Shown here: positions 38,229 through 51,404 of the stretch, piece after piece
How the letters are laid out: each line of letters starts with the position of its first letter
Numbering within the stretch: position 1 is the stretch's first letter
Source of the DNA: Mytilus edulis
Taxonomy: Eukaryota
Assembly (NCBI RefSeq): GCF_963676685.1
Contig: NC_092353.1
Location: 38,502,001 to 38,566,000 of the forward strand
DNA: 64,000 nucleotides
Direction: 5' to 3'
Made by a program: the position numbers and the translations under genes
The notes under the pieces: generated by a model
What the model saw: only the letters and a program-made list of their open reading frames with translations
Told to the model about the DNA's origin: nothing
Database searches by the model: none

Positions 38229-40629
38229 GAAGGAATATTTCTATGAACATGGGATATACAGGTATTTCTTCACACTATTTATTTGGATTGAATTATATTG
38301 CTAAATTATGTAAATTAATATTTTTGTGTAATATTGAGTTACTACTTTAAATTGCTAAAAAAATGTTTAAAAGACATTTGGCTTGCTTTTAATGGCACTC
38401 AACTCCAGTATAAAGTTGTTTAATATAAGTTCATAAATTACCTAAAAATGTATCTCAGACCCATTAGGGCTTTCAACAATTGAAAGTGGACAGCCTCTAG
38501 TTGTAATGTGTCTGATATTTAAACTTAGATAAAAAAAATAATCAATGTATTATATACACTTATTCAGTTGGACGAAACCAACTTTTATCCATAAATTTCT
38601 GAGCGCTTACGTTTTTATGACATTTCTTAGCACTTTCCCAATATAAATTTTGTGAAAATTTCTTTCAAGTGATGCTTGAAAATAACTTATAATTTGACAA
38701 TGTATGGTCCTATTTAAAATCTAGAAAAAAAACATCACCCACCTGCCAAAATATGTGAATTATGAAAATGCAGATTAGAAATTTCTTTTAGTAACTGATG
38801 TTTATAATTAAGTTAACCATTTTAAAGATCTGAACTATTATAATTTCAGTATTTTTAATGTCAAAAAGATATATTGATAATTCAGGGAAAACTTAAAATA
38901 TTTTGTTTTTCTATTTGAAAAAATAATTTTGAATGGCGAACAGAAAATTTGAAAGTACTGGTAGTAGTTTTGTTTATACAGGAGTCATTCAGTAAATAAT
39001 CTACTTAAAGTATTTAAGCAATCATTAATCAATACATCAATTCAAAAACTTAAAATAAATCAAACAGATCATATTGAAAAAATAAACATTTCAATTCAAA
39101 ACCTTTGGTATAGGCATAAATAAGAAACCCAAGTGAAATGATTTCCCTTTTAGTGAATCCAGTTATTTTGCTTAGAATGGCCAAGCAGTTGTTTTGTTAA
39201 TTGTAAATAAGATATGTTTTGTATTAATATGATTCAAATATACATTAAAACCTTTGAAATCTACAAATTTTTGTACATACTGTTTTTCTCTGAGTGTAAA
39301 TGCTATTTTTATTATGTATTTGTTGATTCTATTAACATAGTTTATTTATATATTTTATTATGAAGTTTTATTTTTGTATCATATTTCCATACACTATACA
39401 GATTTTGTATGAATTCCATAGATTTAAGCTTATATCGGCCACTTTTGAATGCAGACATTTCTTTAGAAAACAAGGCATATGTTATGTGCGTCACATTTAT
39501 TATATCCCTGCTTACTAAAGCAGTGGTATATTTTAAAGAGTGTTTATTTGTCCATCCCAACTTTTTATCACCTATTTTTCTGACAGTAGAGAACATATTT
39601 TCTGAAACATATGCTTTCCATCTATAGTATTGTATGGTACAACTCTATTAGCTTGATAAATTTAATTTTTTTTATTATCCAAATGTGATTTGGGGTTTCC
39701 CATTTCAAAATCATAGAATTTGCCAAGAGTTTTTGACATCTTGACAGTATTGACACAAAGTGGGAGTGAATTTATAAACTGTTTACCAATTTTTCAAGTT
39801 TAAGATCTGGAAATAGATTTGATATTTATTCAAACTATCCTAGGACATTATTAAGTAGCATATCTTTATCAGCTACTAGTATAAGTAATTTTTTAAGTTT
39901 TGTTTTTGAAAAAAGTTGTTAAAGTAAATTTATGCATTAAAACATTAAGAAATATGTGATGTGATTAGAAAGTTAGTTCTAGAAGAATTAAATTAAGTTT
40001 TCTTATGAGACAAATTACAAAAAGATTATTACTGAATTTCTATTCAAGTTTATTTCATGAAAAGCATTCCAAACTGTTCAAGATTTTGACATTATTATCT
40101 AACAATGATTTTCGTGGCTATTTATTTGAGCTTGGAAATTGAAAACACTAAACTACAACTTTTTTTAACACTATAAATAGTTTTAACTTTAAAAGTGCAA
40201 GAAAAACTGACTGTCAAAATTTTCCTTGAATTGATGCCCTAGTTAATACAACAGAATAATACCTAGGAACTTACCAATAATGTACAGTGCAATTTCAGAT
40301 TTCACATGAAAAATTATACAACTGTTAACCTGTTTACTAGTACTTGCCAATTCCTATTGAAATTTATAAAGAACTGTTTCAAACTTAGCCTGAATTTCAG
40401 AGATTAAAGTAGTCATCTAAAGCAAGCTGTTCAATTCAGCAATATTGATACCAGTGACTTACATCGTTAAAAACAACAACAGCTAAAATTCTAATTTAAC
40501 TGAATAATTACAGCAAAATTAGATGATACATGTACCAGTTATTATTTGAGGATGAAATGTTTAGTAGTACTATACGCTTTAACATGTTGATCTGTTAACT
40601 TTGTTATTTTATAAGTTTATAAATTGTAG

Positions 40630-40635
40630 AATAAA
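40630..40635 (+). promoter_or_regulatory. Candidate distal polyadenylation signal of the RPTP
   Basis: AATAAA followed ~15 nt later by a T/GT-rich tract; lies where the repeat-poor stretch ends. Confidence 0.35.
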
Positions 40636-43600
40636 GCTTGAAACTAATGACTGTTTTTTATTTTTATTTGTTCTGGAAGGTTATAAACATGTTTAAGAGG
40701 GAGAGGCTTTCCTACTGAAGCACCCTGTCTCACTCTGGAGTTCGTACAGTTTCATCAATGTTTTGTTTGTTAGATTTGCATCTTTTCCATCAATTTCGAG
40801 AATTAAACACCAATAAACTACTGTGGCCATAATCACTGTTTCACATGTTTCAGTGTTCCTGATGATGAAAAATTAATAAAAATGTTTGAAAGTAAAAAAT
40901 GTCCTTTCATTACATTTGAGATTTACAAGTATTTGCTCCGATGGAGGTTATCAAGAAAATACATGTTGTTCCCACTTCAATCGTTATAATATTTGTATTT
41001 GTTTTCATACTCCAACTGGTTCGTTACCAATGACATTGGGCTTGAAATGTCGAGTAGAATACTCGCTTTTTGGATTATTTCAACGATATATTTGCTAGAT
41101 TATCAAATTATGATTATTGAATATCACTATAGGTATAAAACCACTTATTGATAGCCCCATTGCTTTCTTTGTTTAACCGAATTTCAACTTCAATTTCAAG
41201 CATTAATGGCTACTTCTTAAGTTCAAATAAAGTGACAGTCATTTCATGTCAAACTATAACTTATCCTGACTTGTGCTGAAAATTCAATATATACATGTAC
41301 CTGTAATTGCATATAAGAGCATACTGGTTCCCGGAAGTTTGATAAAACAAAAAAACTTATATTGACAACAATGTGTGAACAAAATAAACATATATTACAG
41401 GTAAAAATGTAAAAAATATGGATACAACAGTCAAAATTGCGATTTAATCTTAATCACAAGAAAACAAAACAAACACATATGCCAGCAAAGAAAAAGGCAT
41501 ATGCACAAGGCACATTAACGAAAAAGAAAGACAAGAATACAAAAAATTACCATATCACAATATCAAAATGATGGGATGTATAAGTACCGAGACAGGTAAA
41601 ATGTACATTTACCATAAATAGACAACAGTAAAAGTCATATCTTGCGAAGACAAATAAAAGAAAACTTGAAGGATGTTCGCTTGTCATATTTTGAAATTTT
41701 TGTAAGATTTTTGGAATCCTCTGGTTTTATCCATTTGAATGTCTTAACAATTGTTGCCCATCGACCCCCATTTTTCTCTTTATAAATCTTATATATACTT
41801 ATAAGCCATCTGTAAAAGTCTTATAACATCTTTGTTATTTTAATAGTTTTTGAGAACTTAAACTTGTCAATGATCAAGCTATGAAAAATTTCAATGCGGA
41901 AAGGAGCATTTTTTAGGGGTAACAAAGCCTCAAAAGGACCTAGGATAGACCTTGAACAACTACAAGCATTTGACATTGTTTCTTTCAACTGCAAACATGT
42001 GCGGAATAGCATGGACTGTATTAAAGATATTTTATTTAAAGAAAATTCTAAAATCGTTTGTTTACAAGAACACTGGCTTTTTAATTTTGAGAACAATAGC
42101 CTTGATGAATTGTTTCCAGAGTGTGATTGGACTTCTAAATCAGTAGATGAGCTCAACCCCATCGGACCAAATCAGCGACACGTGGATACGGTGGAGTTGC
42201 CATACTCTGGAGAGAAGACATCAAGCATTTAATAGAGAGACTTGAGGAGGGCAATGAGAGAATCGTCTGTGTCAAAGTAAATGTGTCACCTAAACCGTAC
42301 ATCTTAATGTGTGTATACATGCCATGCAGGGGTTCCAAGTAGGTTAACTCTGAGTTCAATGATATACTTGACCAATTAAGAGAAATAATTAATAAGTACT
42401 CCCCAAAATATCAATTTGTCTTGTGTGGTGACTGGAACTGTGTTATATCTAGTAGGTCCCAAAATATAGAATTGTCAGAAAGGCAGGCTGCCCTGAAGAA
42501 TTTTCTCCAAGAGACAAATCTAACCTTCAATGAGACTGATGTTACCTTCAGTATACATCCGAATTGCCAAAAAGTCTCCACAATTGACTATATCTTCAGG
42601 AGCAATGAAATAGATCCAGATCTAAATCTCACAAAACGCCTAGATATGTTGCCTTCAAATACCTCAGATCACCACCCCATTCATACTACTATACAATGCC
42701 ACTTTGAATCAAAAATTAAGAAAGTAGAGAAGAATCCGTATCCATCAAAAGTAAATTGGTCTAAAATAGACCTGGAAAAGTATCAAACAGAAATTACAAA
42801 TAAAATTAATGAGCTAGAACCAAAGAAAAAAATATTGACGTCAAAGATCTCATCCATGCTTTAACTGTAGTCCAAGAAATTTTTCAAAAAAGTCCAAACC
42901 TCATAAACAAAAAAATACTCACATCTGGAACGATGAGATAGCTCTTGCACTGTTAAACAACAAAAAAGCCTTGTTTGATTGGAAAGAGGATGGTAAACCG
43001 AAATCTGGTAAAAGTGCAACTCTTAGAAAAAATTCTAGATCTGAACTTCCAGAGGGATGAGAAGTATGCCGAAATTATGAATACACGGTCCGGAGACACC
43101 AAATCATTTTATAAGTTAATAAATAATCAGCGCAAGCAAGGAAAGACCTCTATAGCTGAAATTATAGTACAAGGAAACGTATATGACAATACAGCAGAAG
43201 AAATAATAATTAAAGGGTTGGAATGAACATTTTGCTAACCTGGTTACTCCTGAGGCTGACCATACCAACAGGGAGGCAGACATTGATGTCATCATGGAAT
43301 CCTGTCTTGACAACGCAATCCCAATTTCCTTTTTATTTTTAGAGATCCAGAATGCTATTAACAAATTAAATAAAAACAAATCTCCGGACATTTATGGAAT
43401 AACTGCAGAACATTTCATCCATGGTGGACCAGACCTGACTGGTGCATTGACAAAAATAATCAACAACATTTGTATATCATGTGTTATCCCAGATTACATC
43501 AAGATGGGAATTATCACCAATTTTCAAAAAGAAAGGTTTGCCAACTGATCCGAAAAACTACAGAGGAATTACAGTCCTCCCTGTTATTGGTAAAATTCTA

Positions 43601-45569
43601 GAGATACTTCTTAAGGAACATCTGTGGCAAATAATCGCTGCCATCCAAAACCAATTTCAGAGAGGATTCACGTGTAAAATATCACCATTATTTTGCGCTC
43701 TTTTACTGAATGAAGTGATTATCGATGCAGTATACAGAAAAACCCTTTTATATGTAGCACTGCTCGATGCAAAATCTGCTTTTGACGTCGTAAACCATAG
43801 TAGTTTAAATAGGAAGTTATATTTAGCAGGGATTTCCGGTTCATTATGGCTTCTTTTGCATGATCTAAGTGTTGGTGCTCAGACATCAGTTCGATGGGAA
43901 AATCTTGTTTCTGAACCCTTCGATATTTAGCAGGGAGTTAGACAGGGAGGAATATTAAGCACAGAGTTATATAAACTTTATATAAATGATGTTCTTAACC
44001 AAGTAGAAGACAGTGCACTAGGATCCTATATTGGACACATTCACTGTCCTATACCAACCTGTGCAGATGATGTTACTCTGGTAGTGAATGACCCTACCAA
44101 TATGCAAACCCTTTTGTCAACCGTGGAGAATTACAGTCAACAGGAGAAGTATTCATTACAGCCTACAAAATGTAAAATTATTAAAACTGGGAAACCAAAA
44201 ATAGAGGATAATTTCAATTTCATATTAAATGATACACCTATTCAAAATGTTGAAACAGCTGTACATTTAGGAATTACCCATAGTAGTAACCCGCGGCAAA
44301 CCATTCCAATCCATGTTCAGGAAAACATCAACAAAGCAAGGAGAACAATGTACAGCCTGATGGGAACAGGCATGCATGGCAAGAATGGTCTTAATCCCGT
44401 AGCATGCCTACAATTATTCCAAGTTTACGTGTTACCAGTACTCATTTATAGCCTAGAAATACTATAACCAAATTCAACTCAACTGGAACCAATTGAAGTC
44501 TTCTATCGGAAAAGTAACAAACAAAATTTTATCTATCCCCAATAACACAACAGACATGGCCGTATATATACTGTCGGGTACCATTCCAGTAATCAGTAAA
44601 ATGCATAAACTAGCTTTGCAAAAATTTCAAGACAGGAGAACTCTATAGAAAGACAAGTTGCAGAAAGACAAATTCTTATCTCAACTGCTGTAAAGGACAG
44701 TTGGTTCACAAACATTAGATCTTTATTAATTAAATACAGCCTACCATCAATTTACAACATTTTAGATGAACCACCCTCGAAATTAAAATGAAAGAACCTT
44801 ATCAGGAAAGCGATTGACACCTACTGGGTTGATCATGTGGTGACCATGTCTGTCTACTACAAGAGTATTTCATATATCTCTACAGCTAAGGGGACGACCA
44901 TTTGATATTCTGGAGGGGGCGGCAGGAGGATTTTGAAAATAGATAACTCAGCCATGATCATCACAAAAATAAATGGTTTGTTCTGTGATAGTTTGAAAAT
45001 AAATTACCTGACTGGCAATGTATTGAAAATAAATAACTCAGCAGGTATAATCGAAAGTATGAGATGGCACCAGATTCTTCGTAAATTCATCTTTTCCCCC
45101 AAAAAAATCGCGAAACACTTCCCAATTTTTTTAATAATAAAAGTATAAATATTATTTAAATATACTTGATATGTCTGAAAATTGGTTTTATTTAACTTGA
45201 GGTATTTTGTCTCAGGAAACCTTACCTCACTTTTATTTTAACATATTTTAAATGCTTCATGTAGGAAATTTCAACTAAACACTTGTCTCCATATCAAATT
45301 GTGTTCACAGCGAGTGCCTTGTAAGAAGCAAATTCTGTTTTCCCTCAGACGTAACCCTGATTTTTCAGGATCAATATTTCTTATTTATTTGTCTTTTGTT
45401 CATTGATTGCCCTTCTGTATTCTGTTAGTGTTGCATTCCTTTTGTAATCTAGTAATTTTGTTGTGAACTTGATCATGAGTTTAAAAAAAAACGGCAGCCA
45501 CAGACTTAACTATGTGAATTCCATTTTTACTTTATCATGCACATTGGTCTTATGATCTTGTCCCTAGAA

Positions 45570-46739
45570 ACTTTTCTACCCTGTACACAAGTATTCCACA
45601 TTCCAAACTAAAAGACAAATTGAAAGAGTTGATATTACTTTGCTTCATAAAAAAGAATGGCCAACGTAGATACAAGTATCTTGTCTTAGGGAGGGATAAA
45701 TCCTACTTTGTAAAGAATCACTCTGATTCAAACAAAAAATTCTCTGAAACTGATATTATCAAGATGCTTGATTTCTTGATTGACAACATATTTGTTACGT
45801 TCGGAGGACGTGTTTTTCAACAGACTGTCGGCATTCCAATGGGAACAAACTGTGCCCCTCTACTCGCCGACTTGTTTCTTTATTATTATGAGGCTGACTT
45901 CATGCAGGAACTTCTTAGGAAGAAAGATAAGAAGTTAGCAATATCCTTTAACTCTACTTTCCGCTATATAGATGATGTTCTTTCACTAAACAATTCAAAA
46001 TTTGGTGACTATGTGGAACGCATCTATCCAATCGAACTAGAGATAAAGGATACTACAGATACAGTTAAGTCGGCTTCATATCTTGACTTACATCTAGAAA
46101 TTGACAATGAGGGTCGGTTGAAAACAAAACTTTACGACAAAAGAGATGATTTCAGCTTTCCAATTGTGAACTTTCCATTTCTAAGTAGCAACATTCCAGC
46201 AGCACCTGCATACGGGGTATATATCTCCCAATTGATACGATATTCCCGTGCTTGCATTTCCTATCATGATTTTCTTGATAGAGGTTTGCTGCTCACAAGG
46301 AAGCTGTTAAACCAAGAGTTCCAAATGGTGAAGTTGAAATCATCCCTTCGTAAATTTTACGGACGCCATCACGAGTTGGTTGACCGTTATGGAATAACCG
46401 TTTCACAAATGATATCGGATATGTTCCTTATGTCGTAACTACAATCCCCTTCCCTTTCATGAATATGACCTACCGAATTAGACTATTTACCGGATTTGTA
46501 ATCACTTAAGCAACACGACGGGTGCCACATGTGGAGCAGGATCTGCTTACCCTTCCGGAGCACCTGAGATCACCCCTAGTTTTTGGTGGGGTTCGTGTTG
46601 TTTATTCTTTAGTTTTCTATGTTGTGTCGTGTGTACTATTGTTTTTCTGTTTGTCTTTTTTATTTTTAGCCATGGCGTTGTCAGTTTGTTTTAGATTTAT
46701 GAGTTTGACTGTCCCTTTGGTATCTTTCGTCCCTCTTTT
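45570..46739 (+). mobile_element. 5'-truncated Penelope-like retroelement (Naiad-type) nested in the Harbinger element
   Basis: FSTLYT, GIPMG, RYIDD, LYDKRDDF, SQLIRY motifs; ORF stops at 46438 with no C-terminal GIY-YIG; ~300-nt 3' region repeated elsewhere in the window. Confidence 0.88.
45572..46438 (+). CDS. Penelope-like reverse transcriptase, C-terminal portion (uninterrupted but 5'-truncated)
   Basis: 272-aa ORF of the track plus in-frame upstream FSTLYTSIPH. Confidence 0.8.
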   Translation, partial: FSTLYTSIPHSKLKDKLKELILLCFIKKNGQRRYKYLVLGRDKSYFVKNHSDSNKKFSETDIIKMLDFLIDNIFVTFGGRVFQQTVGIPMGTNCAPLLADLFLYYYEADFMQELLRKKDKKLAISFNSTFRYIDDVLSLNNSKFGDYVERIYPIELEIKDTTDTVKSASYLDLHLEIDNEGRLKTKLYDKRDDFSFPIVNFPFLSSNIPAAPAYGVYISQLIRYSRACISYHDFLDRGLLLTRKLLNQEFQMVKLKSSLRKFYGRHHELVDRYGITVSQMISDMFLMS

Positions 46740-48559
46740 AAGTCTTACACTGAATTTATACATTTTGCTTTGAGACCAAAATATTGTCAAAAATTATTAA
46801 TACAAAACTTGCATTTTCAGATTATGAAAGGGTCTTCGGAACACTCAGAAAGCATGATTTTGCATCATTTGTTCTATAGCTTCTTGAGCCTTCAGTGGCT
46901 CCAAAACCCTTTCAAAAAAATTTTTCTCGCTCCGCTCGGCGAAATATGTTTGCCAATACTTTTAAAAGAGCCAAACTTTAATACTATGTATGTATGCAAT
47001 ACATTTATATGCAGTTGGGAATACAAAAGATTCATTTCTGCAGAGGATGATGATTAATTCTGATTAAAATGGTACATATTAATGACTTGACTATACATGT
47101 ATTATTTATAATAAACAAATCATTTAAAAATTGTATGTTTTCGAATATCATAAATATAGTTGTGAAAATGAATAATCAGTCCCTTGTTTTAATGAAAATG
47201 AAAAATCTTGCTTCAATAGTGCAGAAAATGAATAATCTGTCCTCTTAGTTTACAAAAATAAATAACCGATCAAAAACAAATCCTCCTACCCCCCCCCCCC
47301 CCCCCCCCCCCGAATATCAAATGGTCGTCCCCTAATTATAATACTGGTCATCTTCACAATGCTCTGGCAAGTATCCAGACTTCTGCAAAAGACATCCAAC
47401 GTCTCCCCATCAAACTATGACTCCTTATTGGTACATATATTCTCCAATGTAATAGGGCAGCTTTTAACCAGATTGACATCGACCCAACATGTCTTTTGTG
47501 TGAGGAGGACTCTGAAACATTATATCATTTCATTCATTCATGTCCTGCTTTAGCTTCTGCTAGAAATCATCACATGCTTGAACTTTCACACATTCTCAAT
47601 AATAGCGAGCTCTGCGTTAAGTGTAGATCATAAGAAAAGCTAGATATTAGTACACAACTAATATTGGATGCTAGTGCCTTGCTCTGTAAGTGTCAATGTA
47701 AATGTGGATGTGCTGACTTTCTTCAACTTGTAGCGTACATTAGTAGAAAACTTTGCTTTGCGTTGCATATTAGACGTAATACACTATTATTAACATTACC
47801 GACGAATAAAAAGAAAGGGTTACTTGCAACAACTCAGTCAAAGGCGTGAATATTTAAAATCTAAATTATTCTGTTTTAGATTTTGAAAATTGTGAGAAAC
47901 ATTTGTGGGTGTTATATACACCAATTTAATTATTCTACTCTGAAACCAGAGGTGTGCCTTTCAAACTTTAAGGCAGGATATTCATACAAGACAAGACAAG
48001 ACAAGACAATGGCTAATATCTCGAAAACAAGCACATTGACCTATATATTTTTTGCTTTTTTTTTGTTCTTTTATTAATCCCCTATCAATATACACTACTG
48101 TTATGAAAAGCTTGTTATTTTGAAACTGAGTAGCGAATCTCCTTAACACGTAACTGAGATGATAAACAACGTCAGTTATGAGAAATACTTCAAGACCTTT
48201 GTGTATTATTTGTGAAGTTAAGATAGTCTTGGTATCTTTGATGAACTTTTTCAGAAAAAAGGATGTGACGTTAATTGACATGTTTCATAGTTCACAAACC
48301 TTCTGCTCAGACACTGGTGATGTTTTATAAAGTCTGGGAAATGCATATGTTATATGCAGGAGGGGTTGGTATATCCCATTTAAAAGATTTTTATTGTGTG
48401 TAGTTCTTTCAATTGTTTGTGCTGTTGTAACAATTAACACTAGAATATGATAGTGAAAATTGCATGAGACATAATCAATCAGAACCTACATGAACAATGG
48501 ACAATATAACAAAATAGTAACTTTTTTAAACTCGCAGCACCTTCCGCACAAGCATATAG

Positions 48560-48790
48560 AAAAATCACAAAATTTAGATCTCCGAGGAAAATTCAAAACA
48601 GAAACTCTCTAATCAAATGGCAAAATCAAATGATAAAACACATCAAACGAATGGACAACAACTGTCATATTCGTGGATTGGCACAGTCATTTTCAAATGT
48701 TGAAAATGGTGGATTAAACCTGCTTTTAAAGCCTCTCACTTGTATGACAGTCGCATCAAATTCAATTACATTGACAACACAAAAGGTAAA
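48560..48790. repeat. Abundant dispersed repeat family (copies ~50390-50600 rc, 58735-58950 rc, 61740-61910)
   Basis: Shared CCGAGGAAAATTCAAAAC...ACACATCAAACGAATGGA.AACAACTGTCATAT. Confidence 0.7.
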
Positions 48791-48812
48791 AATGTCACAA
48801 ATATGGGTACAA

Positions 48813-49095
48813 AAACACGAACCCCACCAAAAAACTGGATGTGATCACAGGTGCTCCGGAGGGGTAAGAATATCCAGCTCAACACGCGGCCTTATGTTAT
48901 TACAAAGCCGGTAAATAGTCTAACTTGGTAGGTCATATTCGTGAAATTGGGAACAGGATTGCAGTTACGACATAAGAAACATAATATTCGATATCATTTA
49001 TGAAACGGACACTCCACAATGTACATCCGACCCGTTATGGCGTCCGTAAAATATACAAAGTGATGATATTAACTTCACCATTTGGAACTCTTGGT
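48813..49095 (-). mobile_element. Naiad-type PLE 3' fragment
   Basis: Reverse complement of ~46310-46600 (CACGAACCCCACCAAAAAC, TTCACCATTTGGAACTCTTGG). Confidence 0.75.
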
Positions 49096-50934
49096 CTAAA
49101 AAAAATAAGTCCCAATTGGGAAGCCGAAATCAGTTCTTTTGTCGAAAAGTTTTGTTTTCAACCGACCTAGATATAAGTGCTAACCAAAAGCTCAAACACA
49201 TCAAACGAAATGATAACTGTCATATCCACGACTTGGTACGGATAAAATCATAAACACATATACTGTTATTACGAATTTAAGGGATGCATGATATCAAAAA
49301 TAGTGTTAACTGCCTCAAAATCAGTCGGCAACAATAATCCTGACTCTCATTGTACAGTTGTTCATGCTTCGTCCACATTAATACACATATTAGTATCAAA
49401 AACTTTTCGATGGCGGATGTTTCTAACTGATCTGAAAGGAAACAATGGAAGAAGTAATCAGTAAGCGGAATCAAATTAATTTGTTATACAGTACAGCATT
49501 TGTATGTTATTTCCATGTTTATAATTAATTTATATCATAGAATATTTTGTCGTCAAGTTTACAAGACTTATTATGATTAGTATAAAAGTTTGTGGAATTT
49601 AAATGCAAATACACAATTTATTTGTTGTTGATTGACCTGGTTGGTATTAGAACAAAACTATAAATAAAACTGATTATATAGAGGAAGGATGCATTTGAAC
49701 ATATATTTGCGCATACTCATTATCTATATGGACAAAGGGGGGTTCAAAACAATCATAATCTTATGAACTCCAAATAGATCAAGAACAGGTTTGAGCTATG
49801 CATGTTTGATGATAGAAAAATCCAAAACTCGAATCTAGAAGCAAATTCCATGAGCAAAAAACAATGGCTGAAATGTCAGACTGATACTAGTGGTTCGTTG
49901 CTTTACTTCTCTTTAATATTTATCTTATTCTCATTGTCATATTAAGAATAGACAAAGCGTATAAAACTAAAGTTTTAATCGCATGATTCAAAATTTGTCT
50001 GAAAACAAAAAAACAATATTACAAAAGAAATGATGACAGGATAAACATCTGTCCAATATTCACTACAATGAAAATCCAAAAGTTCGGTAGCATCAACTTA
50101 ATCAAATTCTATCTTGAACCTAATTGATCTGGAATGGAAACAATCACTTCACAAGGATCTTCGCAGTTCTTATTTAGATAAATTGTCATAATTTAGTTTA
50201 TCTGGCCAGCGCTTTAACCTTTTCTGATGTAGTTTTCAACTGTATTGATCAAGTTCCTCATCTAGTCGTTTGTATATGCAATTTTGTGCTTCTTTGTTAC
50301 ATATTTGCTAGTTTTTTACTAGTCATTAAGATTATAACATTTAATTTTCCTGTAATGATGTGATGTAAGTCACTGATTTTCAATATAATGGACTTTGATG
50401 CGACTGTCATACAAGTGAAAGGTTTAGTTAGCTATAAAACTAGGTTTTACCCACCATTTTCTACATAAGAAAATGCCTGTACCAAATAAGATATATGACA
50501 GTTGTTATCCATTCGTTTGATGTGTTTGTGCTTTTTATATTGCCATTAGATAAGGGATTTTTCCGTTTTGAATTTTCGTCGGAGTTCAGTATATTTGAAG
50601 AAATCAGGTATTATTTCCAATACATATTTCTGGTGGAAAGTATTGCTTTTATTGAAAGTTAATATAAGCAAAATTTTGCACAAAGAAAACAAGTTTTAAT
50701 CATCTTTATAAATAGATGTCTCTGATAAGAATAGCCTATGGAATATTATTGTTTTCTTCTTTCCACATTTGCTGCATTTTATAATGTCGAAATCAGAGTG
50801 CTGCATTATTAGCTGGTGATAACCGCGTACACGAAGAGGTATAATTGAAAACCGAACACATACGCCTGTATACGTATACGGAGTATATATATCTTCCAAT
50901 TCATACGATATTTCCAAACTTGTATTTTCTATCA

Positions 50935-51404
50935 TGGCATCCTTCTTTATAATAGGTTGCTGCTCACAAGGAAACTATTAACCCAAGAGTTCAAATGGCG
51001 AGGCTTATTTCACCCTTTCGTGAATTTTACTGACGCACTCACGGCTTGATTGACCGTTACAGAATATTCGTTTCTCTAATGATACGGATATGTTGTCGTA
51101 ACTTCAATCCCGTTCCCTTATCATTAATGTGACTTACCAAATTAATTTAAACTTTTAACCAGGTTCGTACTAACAAAAGCAACACAACAGGTGTCAAATG
51201 TGTAATGCAGACTTTGCTTACCCTTTGGGAGCACCTCAGATCACCCCCACTTTTCGTGTTGCTTAGTCAGTAGTTTTCTATGTTTTGTTTTGTGTTCAAT
51301 TGTTTGCTTGTTTGTCTATTTATTTTTAAGGAAAGGCAATGGCGTTGTCATTTTGTGTCTATTTAGGAGTTCGAATGTCCCTCTGGTATCTTTCGCCTTT
51401 ATTT
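50935..51404 (+). mobile_element. Decayed Naiad-type PLE 3' end
   Basis: Colinear with ~46260-46739 (TGCTGCTCACAAGGAA...GGTATCTTTCG). Confidence 0.8.

Larger units (their letters stand above)
44890..47332. mobile_element. PIF/Harbinger-type non-autonomous transposon inserted in the LINE
   Basis: Perfect 21-bp TIR GGGGACGACCATTTGATATTC; TAA TSD (44887-44889, 47333-47335). Confidence 0.92.
41900..48009 (+). mobile_element. Decayed non-LTR retrotransposon (APE endonuclease + RT + CCHC; RTE-X-like, clade unverified), interrupted at 44890-47335
   Basis: EN motifs CLQEHW, CVYMP, GDWN, TIDY, SDHHP; RT motifs NYRGIT, LDAKSAFD, GVRQGG, CADD; CLLC..ETLYHF..C after the insertion; 3' stem-loop TGCCTT/AAGGCA and (ACAAG)n tail; many stops and frameshifts. 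Confidence 0.9.

Noticed and set aside
45572-46739. Selenoprotein-type Naiad (UGA readthrough, SECIS)
   Set aside because: No in-frame TGA in the retained ORF and no SECIS I can support.
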